In this document: positions 37,709 through 50,900 of the stretch, piece after piece
Layout of the letters: each line of letters opens with the position of its first letter
Numbering within the stretch: position 1 is the stretch's first letter
Origin: Coniocarpon cinnabarinum
Taxonomy: Eukaryota
NCBI GenBank assembly: GCA_051942205.1
Contig: JAVECO010000047.1
Span: forward strand, 1-64,000
Length of the DNA stretch: 64,000 nucleotides
Direction: 5' to 3'
The notes under the pieces: generated by a model
What the model saw: the letters and a program-made list of their open reading frames with translations, nothing else
What the model was told of the DNA's origin: nothing
Databases searched by the model: none
Made by a program: the position numbers and the translations under genes

Positions 37709-39471
37709 CTTGAATTGCTCTGGACGAGAACACAGTCGTCAAACTGGCAGATTTGGCGAACAGCCAGACAGCATGAATTACCTGCCTAGACTGCGGTCTT
37801 ACAATCCAAGGTCCGCTATTGAATCTTTGGAAGACGAAGAAACCCCGGGAGACTAATTAGCGTGAAACAGATAGACTGCAACGGCAACAAGCAGGCCAGA
37901 GAAGAACTTGAGCAACGAAGGTCATCGTAATGAAGAACCGCAGTGGAGCTTGTCTGAGCAGTGCATGGCTATACTTGGACGACGGATTTGCTCAACAAGC
38001 GGTGGCGCCATGAAGGCTATACAGCCGAGCCAGGATGTTTCCGACACCACTCGGGGCGTTTGGGGTCACCTTTGCCTCAAGGCTGACTTCGCAGGCAACC
38101 ATTGTGAGTGCCTTCCGCGCTGGAGGAGCGGCAGGCCGCGACAAGAAGTGGTCATAGTGGCCATTGACACTATACAATGACGGACCGCCGCAAAGGGCAA
38201 CACGGCTGGGTGACGGGAAGCTAGCTGCGGGTCACGACGTTAAGGATTGCCCGTCCGTCCTTTCCGTTGAAACCTAGGATAGCGTAGCGTGTGTGCGATT
38301 TCCTGGAAGCTCAGATGGATCAGACTGGCCGACACGCGCATCTTGAGGACCTGGTGCGTAAAGTGTATCTTGCCCTTTTTCCGCTACTGGGTAGAGTTGC
38401 GAGCGCAAGGCAGATTTCCTCTGGCCGTGTCTTCCACGTGGCGAGGCCAGATATGCATACAGGTCGATCTGAGACATTGAATGCGAGGGCCACGTTGACG
38501 CAAGCTCTTCAGGCTTTTTCTCACTCACGTTGCAGTCGTTGATGCAGGAGCGTCATCGATGCAGCCCACTCGCTCGCATCAACATGTGGTTGGGTCGTCG
38601 CTTCACCGCTGCAAAGATACGTACCTGGTGATGACCATCGTTAGACCTGAGTGGCGCAGGTCCAGGCTACATTGGACATCTGTGCCCGATAAGCTTCCCA
38701 GCTCAGCTTGCGGACCTGTCACGTGATGCTGGCCCAAGTCTTGGCATAAAGTCCCTCAAACACGACGGGGCTAATTATGTGTGATCCAAACTCAATTTCA
38801 AACGCTAATTACCTCGCCTCTCTTAGCTCAATGGGGATGTTGACGTTGTCTTTAGCTTGGTTCCCATCCCGTGGAGCAATCTACATATTTGGAAGTCGGC
38901 ACTTGAACTTTCGTGATCGTGAGAGACGTGCTGCGGATATTGCGGAAGAGACGCTCGTTTGTGGCGCTTTTAGCTCTTACGCTGATGAGCATTTGTCGAA
39001 AAGGGGGGGCCATGCGATTATGGAAACAGGTACGCAAACGAACTGTACCTCTTCGTCTTGGCACCCACGGATTGTTCGACGCCTCTGGGACGATGAGGAT
39101 GTAGGAAAAGCCCGGTGGGGTTTGAGATAATGCTGCTTTGCATGTGCAGACATGCGGATTTGTGATTTCAGGGTACTAGGTAACATGTACCCGTTGTCCG
39201 CGACACATCCTTGAGACCTCGGCCCATTCAATGTAAGATCACGTTGCCGAAGTAAGACTGTTCGTGGACCATGAAGAATGGCATTACTATATGCTAGATA
39301 CAAGTGCCTAACAAGACTTCTTTCCAACATGCGGATCAGTGGTTGAACTGATTAAACATCTACTAAAAGCACATCTGTGAAAACAAATCTAAATCTTGGG
39401 ATTTTTTCTTCTTCAAGGTTTTCGGTGAGGAGCAACATGCAAGGATGGCGGCACTGCGCTCGCCATCGACT

Positions 39472-40674
39472 TCAAGTGCTCAACTCTCCCAGCTTTTCTC
39501 TCATCAAGTTCGTAATCCGCGAGTGCTCGTTCCTGAGCCACGTGTCCAAGTTTTGGTAAAGGCCGTCAGCGCCGCCGAAGTTACCGTCATTAGTCATACA
39601 CGCCGCGCTGCCCGCGTTGCAGGAGGTGAATTGCTCCACCAGGCAGCCGGCTCGTTTCATCTCGCCCAAGAGTAATTGCATTTTGAGCGCCGTTTGCACT
39701 CGGAGGTCGTCCACGTTGAAAGATCCAATGGCCATTCTCGCGGAGGCAACACCAAATCCGCTCGACTGTGAGCCTGCGACTTGCTGGTACCAGATCAAGA
39801 TTCTTGAGATGATCGATGCATACAGCAGTGCGAGATCTGGCGACCTTGCGCAAGAGCAGTTGAGCAGATTGCTGAGGCGCTCGCTGGCTTCGCGGTTGAG
39901 GCGAAGTACTTGATCAATTGGCACACCATCGAAGCATTCCCCTGTCAGAGACCCGGACGCTGTTACGGGTGTAGATGGCAAAGACTGGGCATTGTTGGGG
40001 TTGATGGAGGTGAGTGATCCCAAGATATGCGATGCTTCGCGCGGACAGTCATGTCCAGTGAAGTTTGTGCTGTCGTGACTTGATCTCTTGTCGCTGTGAA
40101 AGTGATGTGCGTTGGGCTGGGCTGTGGGTGCTCGGGTTGAAGCGTAGCTGCCAAAGTCGGATGGCTCAGGAGTTGATAGAGCTCCGAAATGTAGATTTGC
40201 GGATAGGAGGTCGTCGTTCGAAGGATCTGTCCACTCGCTGAAGTCCAGGGAAGTAGACGTTGGGAGTGATGATCCGGGAGGAGTGGTGTATAGACCGTTT
40301 AATGCGTCTGGATTGATGAGGAGTCCATTTGTTGCATCGTCCACGGCATTCCAGCCGGTGGGTCCGTCAGTGACACTTGAGAATGGACCCAGGTCCAGCG
40401 CGGTGCCGTCATTGCGCGCAGTGCCCGTGTCAAAGCCATCCATGTTGGGAGCGTCGCCACTACTGCTTGAAGATGGGGTAAGAGTTGGGGCGGGCCTCTT
40501 TCGAGGAGGCTTGCCCATCTTCCTGGAGACGCCATAGACACAGGGTACGCCATGAGAGACGCAGCGCCCACACTCCGGCTGCGCGCGGTCGCATTTGAGT
40601 TTTGCGGCACCACAACCGTCACAGCTTGAGCGCAGCTTGGGTTGACCTGGCGCACGTGGTTGGTCGCCAGCCAT
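39472..40674 (-). CDS. Zn(II)2Cys6 pathway-specific transcription factor, AflR-like
   Basis: KLRSSCDGCGAAKLKCDRAQPECGRCVSHGVPCVYGVSRKMGKP; AflR-type C-terminal region LNCSCA..LLYASIISRILIWY..QLLLGEM. Confidence 0.9.
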   Translation of the reverse strand: MAGDQPRAPGQPKLRSSCDGCGAAKLKCDRAQPECGRCVSHGVPCVYGVSRKMGKPPRKRPAPTLTPSSSSSGDAPNMDGFDTGTARNDGTALDLGPFSSVTDGPTGWNAVDDATNGLLINPDALNGLYTTPPGSSLPTSTSLDFSEWTDPSNDDLLSANLHFGALSTPEPSDFGSYASTRAPTAQPNAHHFHSDKRSSHDSTNFTGHDCPREASHILGSLTSINPNNAQSLPSTPVTASGSLTGECFDGVPIDQVLRLNREASERLSNLLNCSCARSPDLALLYASIISRILIWYQQVAGSQSSGFGVASARMAIGSFNVDDLRVQTALKMQLLLGEMKRAGCLVEQFTSCNAGSAACMTNDGNFGGADGLYQNLDTWLRNEHSRITNLMREKLGELST

Positions 40675-41665
40675 CTTTTACGGAATGTCTTTTTTTGTGG
40701 TGAGCGAGTGATTTATTCTTGGATCCAGGCTATGTGTACAGCTTTGCTACCAAATTCGAATACCTAGCATGCACGAAGCGCCAATGGAGACACGATGGCA
40801 GGATGATTGAAGAGACACAGTAGAATATGTTCCTGTGCTGGCAGCTAGTGGACAGGGCGGCAATGGGGAGGTTGCGGGGGGAGGTGTCTGATATGTGCAG
40901 CAGCGGACGAGATAAGAATGTTGAGAGGAGAGGAGCCAGGGCGTGGGTGTTCTATTGGACGCTTTGGAAGCACCTCAGTCTGCCTGGGGATGACCAGTCA
41001 GCCGCAGCTACAAGGGTGACGTACCTATATCAGGGCGCAATGGCGGTATGACTACGAGCTTGCATGAACAGCCAGTAGGATTCTGATCCGGGTCCGTCGC
41101 AGGTCCGTCTTCGGGAGCAACTAGGGAAGCCTCACGGCCCGAACGCGTTGCCCAGCCGATCGTCTACGGAATACTGCGAGCACCTCTCGCGGCACCGTCT
41201 TGCCATTATCGCTGCTGGGCCCCATGCCGACTTCTGGCGAGAGTCTCAACTCGAGTCCCTCACGGCGAGGGCGCTTCGAGCTCCAGGCCCGCGGCCAGGT
41301 GACGTGGGGGCACGGCTCAATGGAGCACTGGCACATCACCGCCGTTTGGACGATCGCGCTGGCCAGAACTGGCGGTCGAGCGCACACCACTGTCCAGGCT
41401 GCACGCAAGACCTCGCCTGCAGCGTCTCGCACGTCTCGCACACGAGATGACTCAGCGCTAGTTCACGGCCACGTGCTGACTAGTGTACCGGAAGAAGGCC
41501 GCGATTGGCTCAGGCCTGGCGGGGGACTCGTGCGTGGAGAGGATAACACCCCGGTGGACGCTGGGCTGATTGCGCAGTAAGCCAACGTCACGCCATGCCT
41601 GTCTGATTATCTGCCAAGCGGGGTGGAGAGAGCCACAATTCCGGACCCTGACACGCCCGACTCTT

Positions 41666-41694
41666 CAGACGTGCAGACGTGCAGACGTGCAGAC
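41666..41694. repeat. Tandem 8-mer (CAGACGTG)x~3.5
   Basis: Visible directly in the sequence. Confidence 0.65.
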
Positions 41695-43373
41695 TTGCCC
41701 CCACTCTGGCGCGGCTCGGGTAGAAAACAAAAAAGGCGCCGCATCCGCGGAAGGGCAGGCGTCGATCTTACCTCCAGCGGGCAACCAGCGGTGACGGAAA
41801 GACTGTAGCCTGGCTGATCTTCCCTGCGCGCCCGTGAGTGTTGGCTCATGAATTCAGCTAAGCGCGAGATGCATGCCCCAACCGGGGTGTTTTGACCCAA
41901 AAGCTCGGGCCGTCACTGGCAACTCCCGCCATATACCATGGACGTCGCTCATTAGACTTTGCACTACACGTGGCTGGCGAGCATGTTCACGCTATTTCAG
42001 TGCCGTGTCGAACACGACGAGCTGAGGGTCAGAGAAAGCACGCCCTTGATGCACAAAAGGCTCAGAGCCTTCGCCTCGAGCATAGCGACGGCGACATGAC
42101 GCGACCGACCTCGGACATGGTCTGTTTTCGTAGCTCGGCCTGCTCGGCCGTCCAGACGTCGGTGAAATAATACCCCATGTTATGTGAAAAGGATGCAGCT
42201 TGCAGCTTCATCAACGCCATGGAGATGCGTTTTGAAAAGTGTTGAATAGGCAACTCGCGACCATCCTTGGCTGTGAGTTTCACACTAAGATATCTCTGAT
42301 CAGCATCAGACGTGATCCTCCTCCAATCTAGCCTCAACGCCTTTCAGGTCTGACCAATGGATACGAATCAGTCTCGGTAGTTGCAGCCACGTGCTGCTCA
42401 GTCCCTTCATTTCGTGCGTAGATCCATCGCCGTGGTCCGCTCTCGGCGAGCTCGGTGATTTGAATGGAAAGGATTAGATCACGAGCACGCTTTGTATGCA
42501 GACGACGTGTCAAGATCATAAGTGAAACCATTATCTGACGCAAGCACTATAAGCGGTGTTTGCGTTTGCTCCGTATACCATGCGTTGGGAAGTGTTATTA
42601 CCTTTCTAGCAGAGTCGCACGAAGATCGCCTGATGATGGAATCACCACAATCGTCATTCTTTAACGCCCACTTTGGTAGCGATACTGCGAACATTGGACC
42701 CCAGCCTGGAGCGGCACCGGGTGTGCATTCAGGGTCCTCGCCGCACGTTCAAGACGTGTTTGCTGAGATTGATACCGCTGCTACATAGAGGACTTGCTGA
42801 TCTTTCTGATTCACCTTAATGCCACAAAAAGAGAAGAGCCTTTTGCCGCATGCGGCCACTTCAGTGGGTCTGTCGCCGAGAGAAATGATAAGCAGGGTGG
42901 CTGCTGTTCCAGGTCCGCTAGAGACTCTGAGGTGCACATCCTCCCGCAAGGTCCGTCGGGCGGAAGGCCCGGCACGTGGGACAAGTCAACAATGACGAAA
43001 ACACTTCATGAAATGACCTAATGCTCATTGCAGCCGAATACAAACAACAGAGGTTCCCATGGAGGTAAACAAGTCTGGAGGATTGCTGTAGGGTGTGTGG
43101 TCGGCTTTTCATTCACCAGCTCAGGCACTCAGGCAGCCCCCGCTGACACGTGCGACTCGGGTGGAATGTACGGCATGATTGTGGCACTGATCTGGCTGTG
43201 AGTGCGGAGGGATCCAGATCACGAGTCGCGTCCCCGCTTCACGGATAACGGAATTAGATAAATACAGCGCACGCCGACGACGTTCAATGTTCTTCCTCCG
43301 TACCGCTTCCTGCCCGCCACCCGCTCGCACCACCAAGACCAGGCGGTCAAGGCGGACACGAAGTACCTTATCT

Positions 43374-43405
43374 GATGTCGATGTCGATGTCGATGTCGAT
43401 GTCGA

Positions 43406-43448
<43 letters not shown>
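43374..43448. repeat. Compound hexanucleotide microsatellite (GATGTC)n(GTTGTC)n
   Basis: About six copies of each unit in direct succession. Confidence 0.9.
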
Positions 43449-44575
43449 CCAAGGCCAGCTACCGACGGACCTCTTGCCCATCGCCGCGGCCCGCTTTCAC
43501 CAAGCCCGACCCGAGCAAGCTTTTCTTCCCATCCCCGTTGTGTGCAGGTGTCGCTTTACATCCCAGCATGTCCAGTCAGCGCTATTCCCCCCCTCATTTC
43601 CCTCAATGGCTCTAGCAACCCGCAGGATCCAGCGAGGCGACGGCTCCATGCAGCCCTCTCTATCACGTCTACCACGGTGGATAAGCAACGGCCGTGATTC
43701 GTTTCTATGACCTTGGGCCGAGCCTCGACGCTCAGAACCCCGGCACGTTGCAAGCGCCCGGTTGCAGACCAACTCACAAGCGCGCCCATATCGCTCGCTG
43801 CTATTCTTGAAGCTCTGCTCCACAGGCTTCGACCCGTCGGGCTTTCGCGCACCACCAGTCGAGGCTCGCAGCTTTGTAATGCGCGCTCACTCGGGCTGAT
43901 GATCCTCGACGTAAGGGCCGAGCTGCTGCTACATGATCGATCCACGTTGTAGGGAGCTCAACGGCCCCAGTGGCTAGCTACTCTCGAACGTCCACAGCCC
44001 GCTAGCCCGTAATTCATTGGCTACGTTTCAAGTGGTGAGACTTCGCACGATCCCTCATTATGGAAAAAGCACCGAGTAAGCCACTAAGGTTTCTCAGCCA
44101 GTTGCTGCCTGCAGCTGTGCGATGATCCGAGTGCACCCGTGAGGCTGTTGGTGGTGGTGATGCAATCGGGGCATAGCCACCGCTTGATTGCGAAGGAGCG
44201 TGCGACGTCCTCGGGAAAGCCGAAATACTGTTGAGATTGTAGCGGAGATCTCTCCGGCACAACTCTGTTGGTTCTCGCAGAGTTGGTCTGCCATTTCCAT
44301 CATCACGGCATGGGACTCGACCACGAGGGAAAAGCTTAGAAGAAGCTGGTTGTTATCAAGCATTGACCTGACTGATCGTTGCAGGCATCCAATGACATAC
44401 CGAGACATATGGAGAATCCACGTGCTGCATTCACGCGCATAGTGACTGACAAGGATCTGACGCGGCTTCTGTACGAGGCCAACCAAATGTTCGGGCCCGT
44501 GCTTCCTAGCCGATGGCAAGTCTGACCCATTTTCTTCACTGTTCCATCGTTAGTCCACTCCAGTCCCAGGCAAAG

Positions 44576-44586
44576 TCGGATGCCGA
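44576..44586. promoter_or_regulatory. Putative Zn2Cys6 binding palindrome TCGG-ATG-CCGA upstream of the PKS
   Basis: About 350 bp upstream of ATG 44937. Matches the AflR-type TCGSWNNSCGR and CGG-N3-CCG. Confidence 0.55.
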
Positions 44587-44936
44587 AAGATACCTACCGA
44601 TTGGCCCTATAGAAGCGCCTCCAGCGCTGCAATTTGCTTTTTTGCCTCATGGTCATTGTGCCATAATTGATTGTATCTACTTGTCTTGCCCAATCTTCTT
44701 CTTCCTGTATTCGTATCACTAGACTTTGCAGCGTTTTCTAAACTCTTAATCTTGCATCATTTGGAAGCGTCATTTGGCATAGGACCTTGATGGTCACGGT
44801 AAAAGCTCTGAACTGATATAGACTTGATCAAATATCCCCCCAGAGTTTTGGCGCCTCGACGTTCCTATCGAGATCTCGTTATCTGTTTCAACACTTACGG
44901 TTGATGTCTTGAGGATCGACAGCCACAAATTCGAGA

Positions 44937-47900
44937 ATGGCGGACGACCTGAAGCTGTATCTCTTCGGAGATCAGACTTACGACATCCAGCCCTATCTCA
45001 AAGACCTCCTTCGTCACCGACATAACCCAGTCCTGGAGGATTTCCTCGCGAAGGCGTATGACGCAGTGCGCGCGGAAATCTACAGCCTCCCTGTCCAAGT
45101 TCGGGATGACCTTCCCCGGTTTACCTGTATGGATGATTTGGTATTATGGAATCAAAGTGGAAGACGATGCGTTCCCTTGGACATGGCGGTAACCTGCATG
45201 TATCAGCTCGGGCATTTCATCAAGTAAGTTTATTTGCCCGATGTTGAAACATTCCAGCAAGTAGCTTACAGTTCGAAAAGCCAAGCCAATGATGTGAGTT
45301 ACGCTGCCGACAAATCGCGGACAGCAGGCCTTTGCACCGGCGCTCTCGCTGCAGCGGCTGTTAGCTGCAGTCGTAATATCCTGGACCTCGTTCCAATGGC
45401 TGTCGATGCCGTGACGGTGGCATTCAGGGTAGGAATGCACGTGACCGATGTTGCGTCGCGTGTGGCTCCTTTGAGTGAGACTGACCAGAGTTGGTCAATC
45501 ATTATTCCCGGTGCGAGCTCGCACGAGGCCGTACACAAGTTCAGTGCATCATCCGTAAGTTCCTAAGCATGTTCAGATATAATTAACTGCAACTGACGGT
45601 GATCTTCTATAGATATTACCTTCTACGAGCAAGCCCTACGTCAGCGCCTATGCGCCGAACGGCATTACTGTCAGCGGACCGCCTGAAACGCTTGCAACGT
45701 TGGTGAAGTCGGAAAGCTTCAAGGACCTGCGATCGAAGAGCATCTCCATCTACGCACCTTACCATGCACCCCATCTTCATTCATCCAGTGATCCCGCTGA
45801 AATAATTGGAGATTTGACTTTCGGCGAAACTAGCGAGCGTTCAGAAAAGATTCCTCTCATTTCCTCCACAGGATCGACCATCGAGGGGCGTAATTTCCCC
45901 AAGCTCCTGGAAGAAGCCGTTGCTCAAATACTTTTGCGGCCGATCAAGTGGAGTGACATCCTCAATGAGCTGCAGAATTCCATCAAGAAGCTCAATCCAA
46001 AATCACTCAATGTTGTCCCTATCGCCACCACTGCTGACCAGCTCATCTACACTGCCCTTAAACAATCGTCACTGAAGAGCGTGGTCCCTTCGGCTCCATC
46101 TCCACCTAAGTCCGCATCTCTTCCCGAAGCCTCGTTCGACAGCCCGAAGAAGCCCAAGCTTGCCATTATTGGTATGTCAGGGCGATATCCGGGCGCGAAA
46201 GATGATGACGCCTTCTGGGATCTTTTGTACCAAGGTCTCGATGTACATAAGCCCGCCCCGGCTCTGCACTGGGACGTCAAAACACACGTCGATCCAACCG
46301 GCCAACGGAAGAACACAAGTCAAACACCGTATGGTTGCTGGCTTGATGACCCAGCTGTCTTCGACGCCCGTTTCTTTAACATTTCGCCTCGAGAGGCACC
46401 ACAAATCGATCCTGCACAGCGACTCGCATTGATGACCGCTTATGAAGCCATTGAGCAGGCTGGCATTGTCCCGGATGCTACGCCTTCTACAAGACGCGAT
46501 CGTGTTGGTGTCTTCTATGGTGTAACCAGCAACGACTGGATGGAGACGAATAGTGCACAGAACATTGATACGTACTTCATTCCAGGCGGAAACAGAGCGT
46601 TCATCCCAGGACGCATTAACTACTGTTTCAAATTCAGCGGTCCTAGTTACGCAGTCGACACAGCATGTTCGTCCAGTCTAGCGGGTATACATTTAGCCTG
46701 CAACTCGCTGTGGCGAGGAGACATTGACACTGCAATCGCCGGCGGAACGAATGTATTGACAAACCCAGACTTCACTTCTGGCCTTGACCGAGGTCACTTC
46801 CTCTCCCGCACTGGCAACTGCCAAACCTTTGATGATGCGGCAGATGGCTATTGCCGAGGAGAAGGCATCGGAACGGTCATCATCAAACGTTACGAGGATG
46901 CCGTTGCAGATAAAGATCCTATCCTAGGTCTCGTCTTGGGCGCTTATACGAATCATTCGGCAGAGTCAGAATCTATCACACGACCTCACGTTGGTGCCCA
47001 ACGCGCCATCTTCAACAAGATTCTGAACCAGGGTGCTGTGGACCCTTACACTGTCAGTTATGTGGAGATGCACGGTACTGGAACTCAGGCTGGTGACGCC
47101 GGTGAGATGTCCAGTGTCCTTGACACATTTGCCCCGCCCCTTTCGCAAGTGAAGCGAGCTCGAAACAGTGAGGAGAACCTCTATCTTGGCTCAGCGAAAG
47201 CCAACATCGGCCACGGTGAGGCCGCTTCCGGTGTTTCAAGTCTGGTCAAGGTGCTGTTGATGATGAAAAAGAACATGATAGTGCCACACTGCGGCATAAA
47301 GACGAAGATCAACCACAGATTTCCCACTGACCTGGGGGAACGAAACGTCAACATCGCACTGAAGCCGACGCCTTGGGAGAGGAGTTCAGACCCTGCGAAG
47401 CCTCGACGTGTGTTTGTAAACAATTTCAGTGCTGCTGGAGGAAACTCGGCTTTGTTGCTCGAAGATGCTCCACTGGAGCGCGAGCCGGCGGCCGGTGAAG
47501 TCGACCTGCGCGATCAGCACCTCATCGCGGTGTCCGCCAAAAATGGTCCGTCTCTGCAGGGAAATATGAGAAATTTGCGTGATTTCCTCAAGGGTAACCC
47601 CTCCATCTCCATCGGCCAACTTTCGTACACTACTACAGCGCGTCGACAACATCACCAGCATCGCGTCATGCTCACGGGCACGAGCGCAGACGACATCTGC
47701 AGTCAAATCGACAAGGCTCTGAAGGATAATACAGGGATGACCCGACCCAAGAGCGCACCCAAGGTGGTCTTCACCTTCACTGGTCAAGGGGCACAGTACC
47801 CTGGAATGGGTAAGCAGCTCTATGACAACTTTTCCACCTTCCGCAAGGAGATGCGACGACTGGATCAGATTGCTCAGAGTCTGGGCTTTCCGTCTATGCT

Positions 47901-50900
47901 TCCTGTCATTCAATCCGAAGAGCAAGACATTGGCATCTTCGCTCCCACTGCCGTTCAGCTCGCAAGCGTGTGCCTGCAAATTGCGCTCAGCAAGATGTGG
48001 GCTTCGTGGAACATCCACCCCATCGCAGTCATTGGTCACAGCCTGGGCGAGTACGCTGCACTGAACACTTCAGGGGTTCTTTCAGACGCAGATACTGTCT
48101 ACCTTGTAGGCATGCGGGCCAGCTTGCTTGAGGAGAAGTGCACCAGAGACACCCATGCCATGCTCGTGGTGAAAGGGTCTGCCGACGAGATCTCCACTAT
48201 TCTCAAGAACAAGAAGTTCGAGCTGGTGTGCATGAACTCGCCAGTGGAGACAGTCTTGGGAGGATCAAATGAAGAAGTCTCTGCCGTGAAATCGGTCCTG
48301 ACTGAAGCGGGCATGAAGACCATACTTCTCAGCGTGCCATACGCTTTCCACTCGTCGCAGATGGACCCAATGCTGTCGGAGTTTACAAAGAGAGCGAGCG
48401 GCGTCACTTTCTCCGACCCCAAGATCCCCATCCTTCGTCCCATAGATGGTGAACTTATCACCGAGGGTGGCAACTTTGGTCCAGAATACCTGGCAAGTCA
48501 CTCTCGAAGCCCTGTTAACATGCAAAAGGCGCTGCATACCGCACGCAGCAAGAATATCATTACTGATCAAACCGCAATGCTTGAGCTTGGACCCCACCCA
48601 GCCATCTCAGGCATGGTCAAGGCAGTCCTGGGCTCACAGATCTCAAATCTCGCTTCATCTCAGCGCGGCCGGTCTGCTTGGAAGGTTCTTGGCGAGACTC
48701 TCAAGACGCTTTACAGCGGCGGAAGTGACATTGCATGGAGAGAGTACCACCGCGACTTCACCGCGTCTCACAAAGTGGTTCAGCTGCCAGCGTACAGTTG
48801 GGATCTGAAAGAGTTCTGGATGCAATACGTGAACGACTGGTCACTACGCAAGGGTGATCCGCCTCTCATGATTGAGGGCAAGTCGAAGCTTGAGAGCACT
48901 ACTATCCACAAAGTCGTGGAAGAGACTGGCGATGCGAAGAAGACAAAGATTGTCGTGGAAGCTGACATTGCTCGCAAAGATCTCAGTCCACTTGTGCAAG
49001 GCCACGAGGTCGATGGCATCCCGCTGTGCACGCCATCGGTCTATGCTGATATGGCCCTGACATTGGGCAAATACCTGATCAACAAGTACCACCCGGGCCA
49101 GAAACAAGATATTGTGGACATCACAGACATGACTATTCTCAAAGCTTTGATCTTGCAGGCTGGTGCGAGTCAACAATTACTTCAAGCACATGCTGAAGTC
49201 GACTGGTCGTCGCAATCGGCATCTGTCAAGTTCTGTTCGTTTGACGTGAGTTATTTCCCCGCCATCATGTCACCCGTGGAAGGAGATGTAATACTAACTG
49301 AACAACAGAGCAAACAAAAGCTTCAGGAGCACTCACGATGCGTCCTGCGCTTCAAAGACAACAGCCTACTGTCCAAACTGCAAGGCGAAGTTGCGAACAC
49401 CAAGAAGAAGGTGCAGGGGCTTCGTGATGGAATCGTGTCCGGCGCCACAGCCCGCTTCAATCGTCCCATGGTGTATCGTGCAATCCGACCGCTCGCGCGT
49501 TTCCACGACGACTACCGCGCAATTGACGAAATCTTGTTGAACAGCAACACACTTGAGGCGGTCAGCAAGCTCAGCTATGGCACAGTCAAGCGCGGAGGGA
49601 ACTACCATACGCACCCGGCCATCATTGACTCCTTGACACAGTCGTGTGGTTTTACCATGAACTGCAACGACAGCACTGATCTGGACAATGAAGTCTTCAT
49701 GAACCACGGTTGGGGCTCGTTCCAGCTCTTCGAGCCGATTGACTTTGACAAAGCATACACCACTTACACACGCATGTCTGAAGGTGAGGACAAGCTGTGG
49801 AAGGGCGATGTGGTGGTCTTGGACGGAGACAAGGTCGTTGCATTCTTCGGCCAGATTGCCATTCAAGGCGTGCCGCGAAAGGTCTTGAAGGTCATCCTCT
49901 CCATCGAGGCTGGGAACAAGGGCGGTGCCAAACAAGCTTCTGCGCCCAAGCAGCAGCCAACACAGAAGCCAGCCGCAGCTCCCGCAGCCGCAGCAAAGGC
50001 TCCAACACTCGCACCTCCCTCATCCGCTCCCGCGTCATCAAGTGGCCCTAAGGTTGAGAAGGCCATGGAAATCATCGCTGATGAGAGTGGTCTTGCTCCT
50101 GCCGACTTGACTGACGGTACTAACTTCGGGGACGTCGGCATCGACTCTCTGCTCGGACTAACGATCTCGGCTCGCTTCAAGGAGGATCTAGACATGGACC
50201 TTGACTTCAACGCCTTGTTCTACGAGTACCCGACTGTGGGCGATCTTAAGGGCTTCCTCGGCGACAGCAAAGTCAGCGCCACCGCATTGTCAACGCCAGA
50301 GACGGCCGGCACAGAGGCAACCAGTCCCCGGTCCAGCGCCACCGACATCACGGTCCCAGAGCCAAATGAACAGCCCGTGGACTCGTCCGAATCGAAGGCT
50401 CAATTCCAGCGAGCTCTCGAAATCATCTCAGAAGAAAGTGGTGTCGCGCTCGAAGATCTAACCGATGACACCAACTTCGCTGACTCCGGTGTCGACTCTT
50501 TACTCTCCTTGGTCGTTGTGAGCCGCTTGAGGGATGAGCTCGAGCTCGACATCCCGCATGAGTCTCTGTTTCTCGAATGCCCCACCGTCCTCGATCTCAA
50601 GCAGGCTCTCTTCCCAGGTGCGGATGCTTCTGCCGCGGCTCCTCCACCATCCACCAGTGAGCCAACTCCCGCACCGACCGCCGAGCTCGCTAACAAAGGT
50701 ATTCCGAAGCTCTCTGAGGCCGAAACCGCCGCCCTGGTCACGCGCAAGAAGGCAGTCGACGAGCTCGTCGCCAAGTACACTGCCGGCTGGGTTGCACCGA
50801 CGCCGTCGCCATCCGCAGCTGCACCCAGTGACAAGGAGAAAGTCGTCCTGGTCACCGGCGCCTCCGGCAGCCTCGGCGGTCACCTAGTCGACCACATTGC

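Noticed and set aside
43219..43710. ORFs with RQ/RH, DV/V and MS/LS dipeptide runs
   Set aside because: Translations of the hexamer microsatellite.
42128..43728. Weaker TCG-N5-CGG matches at 42128 and 43718
   Set aside because: They lack the CGG-N3-CCG core, are far from start codons and are expected by chance.
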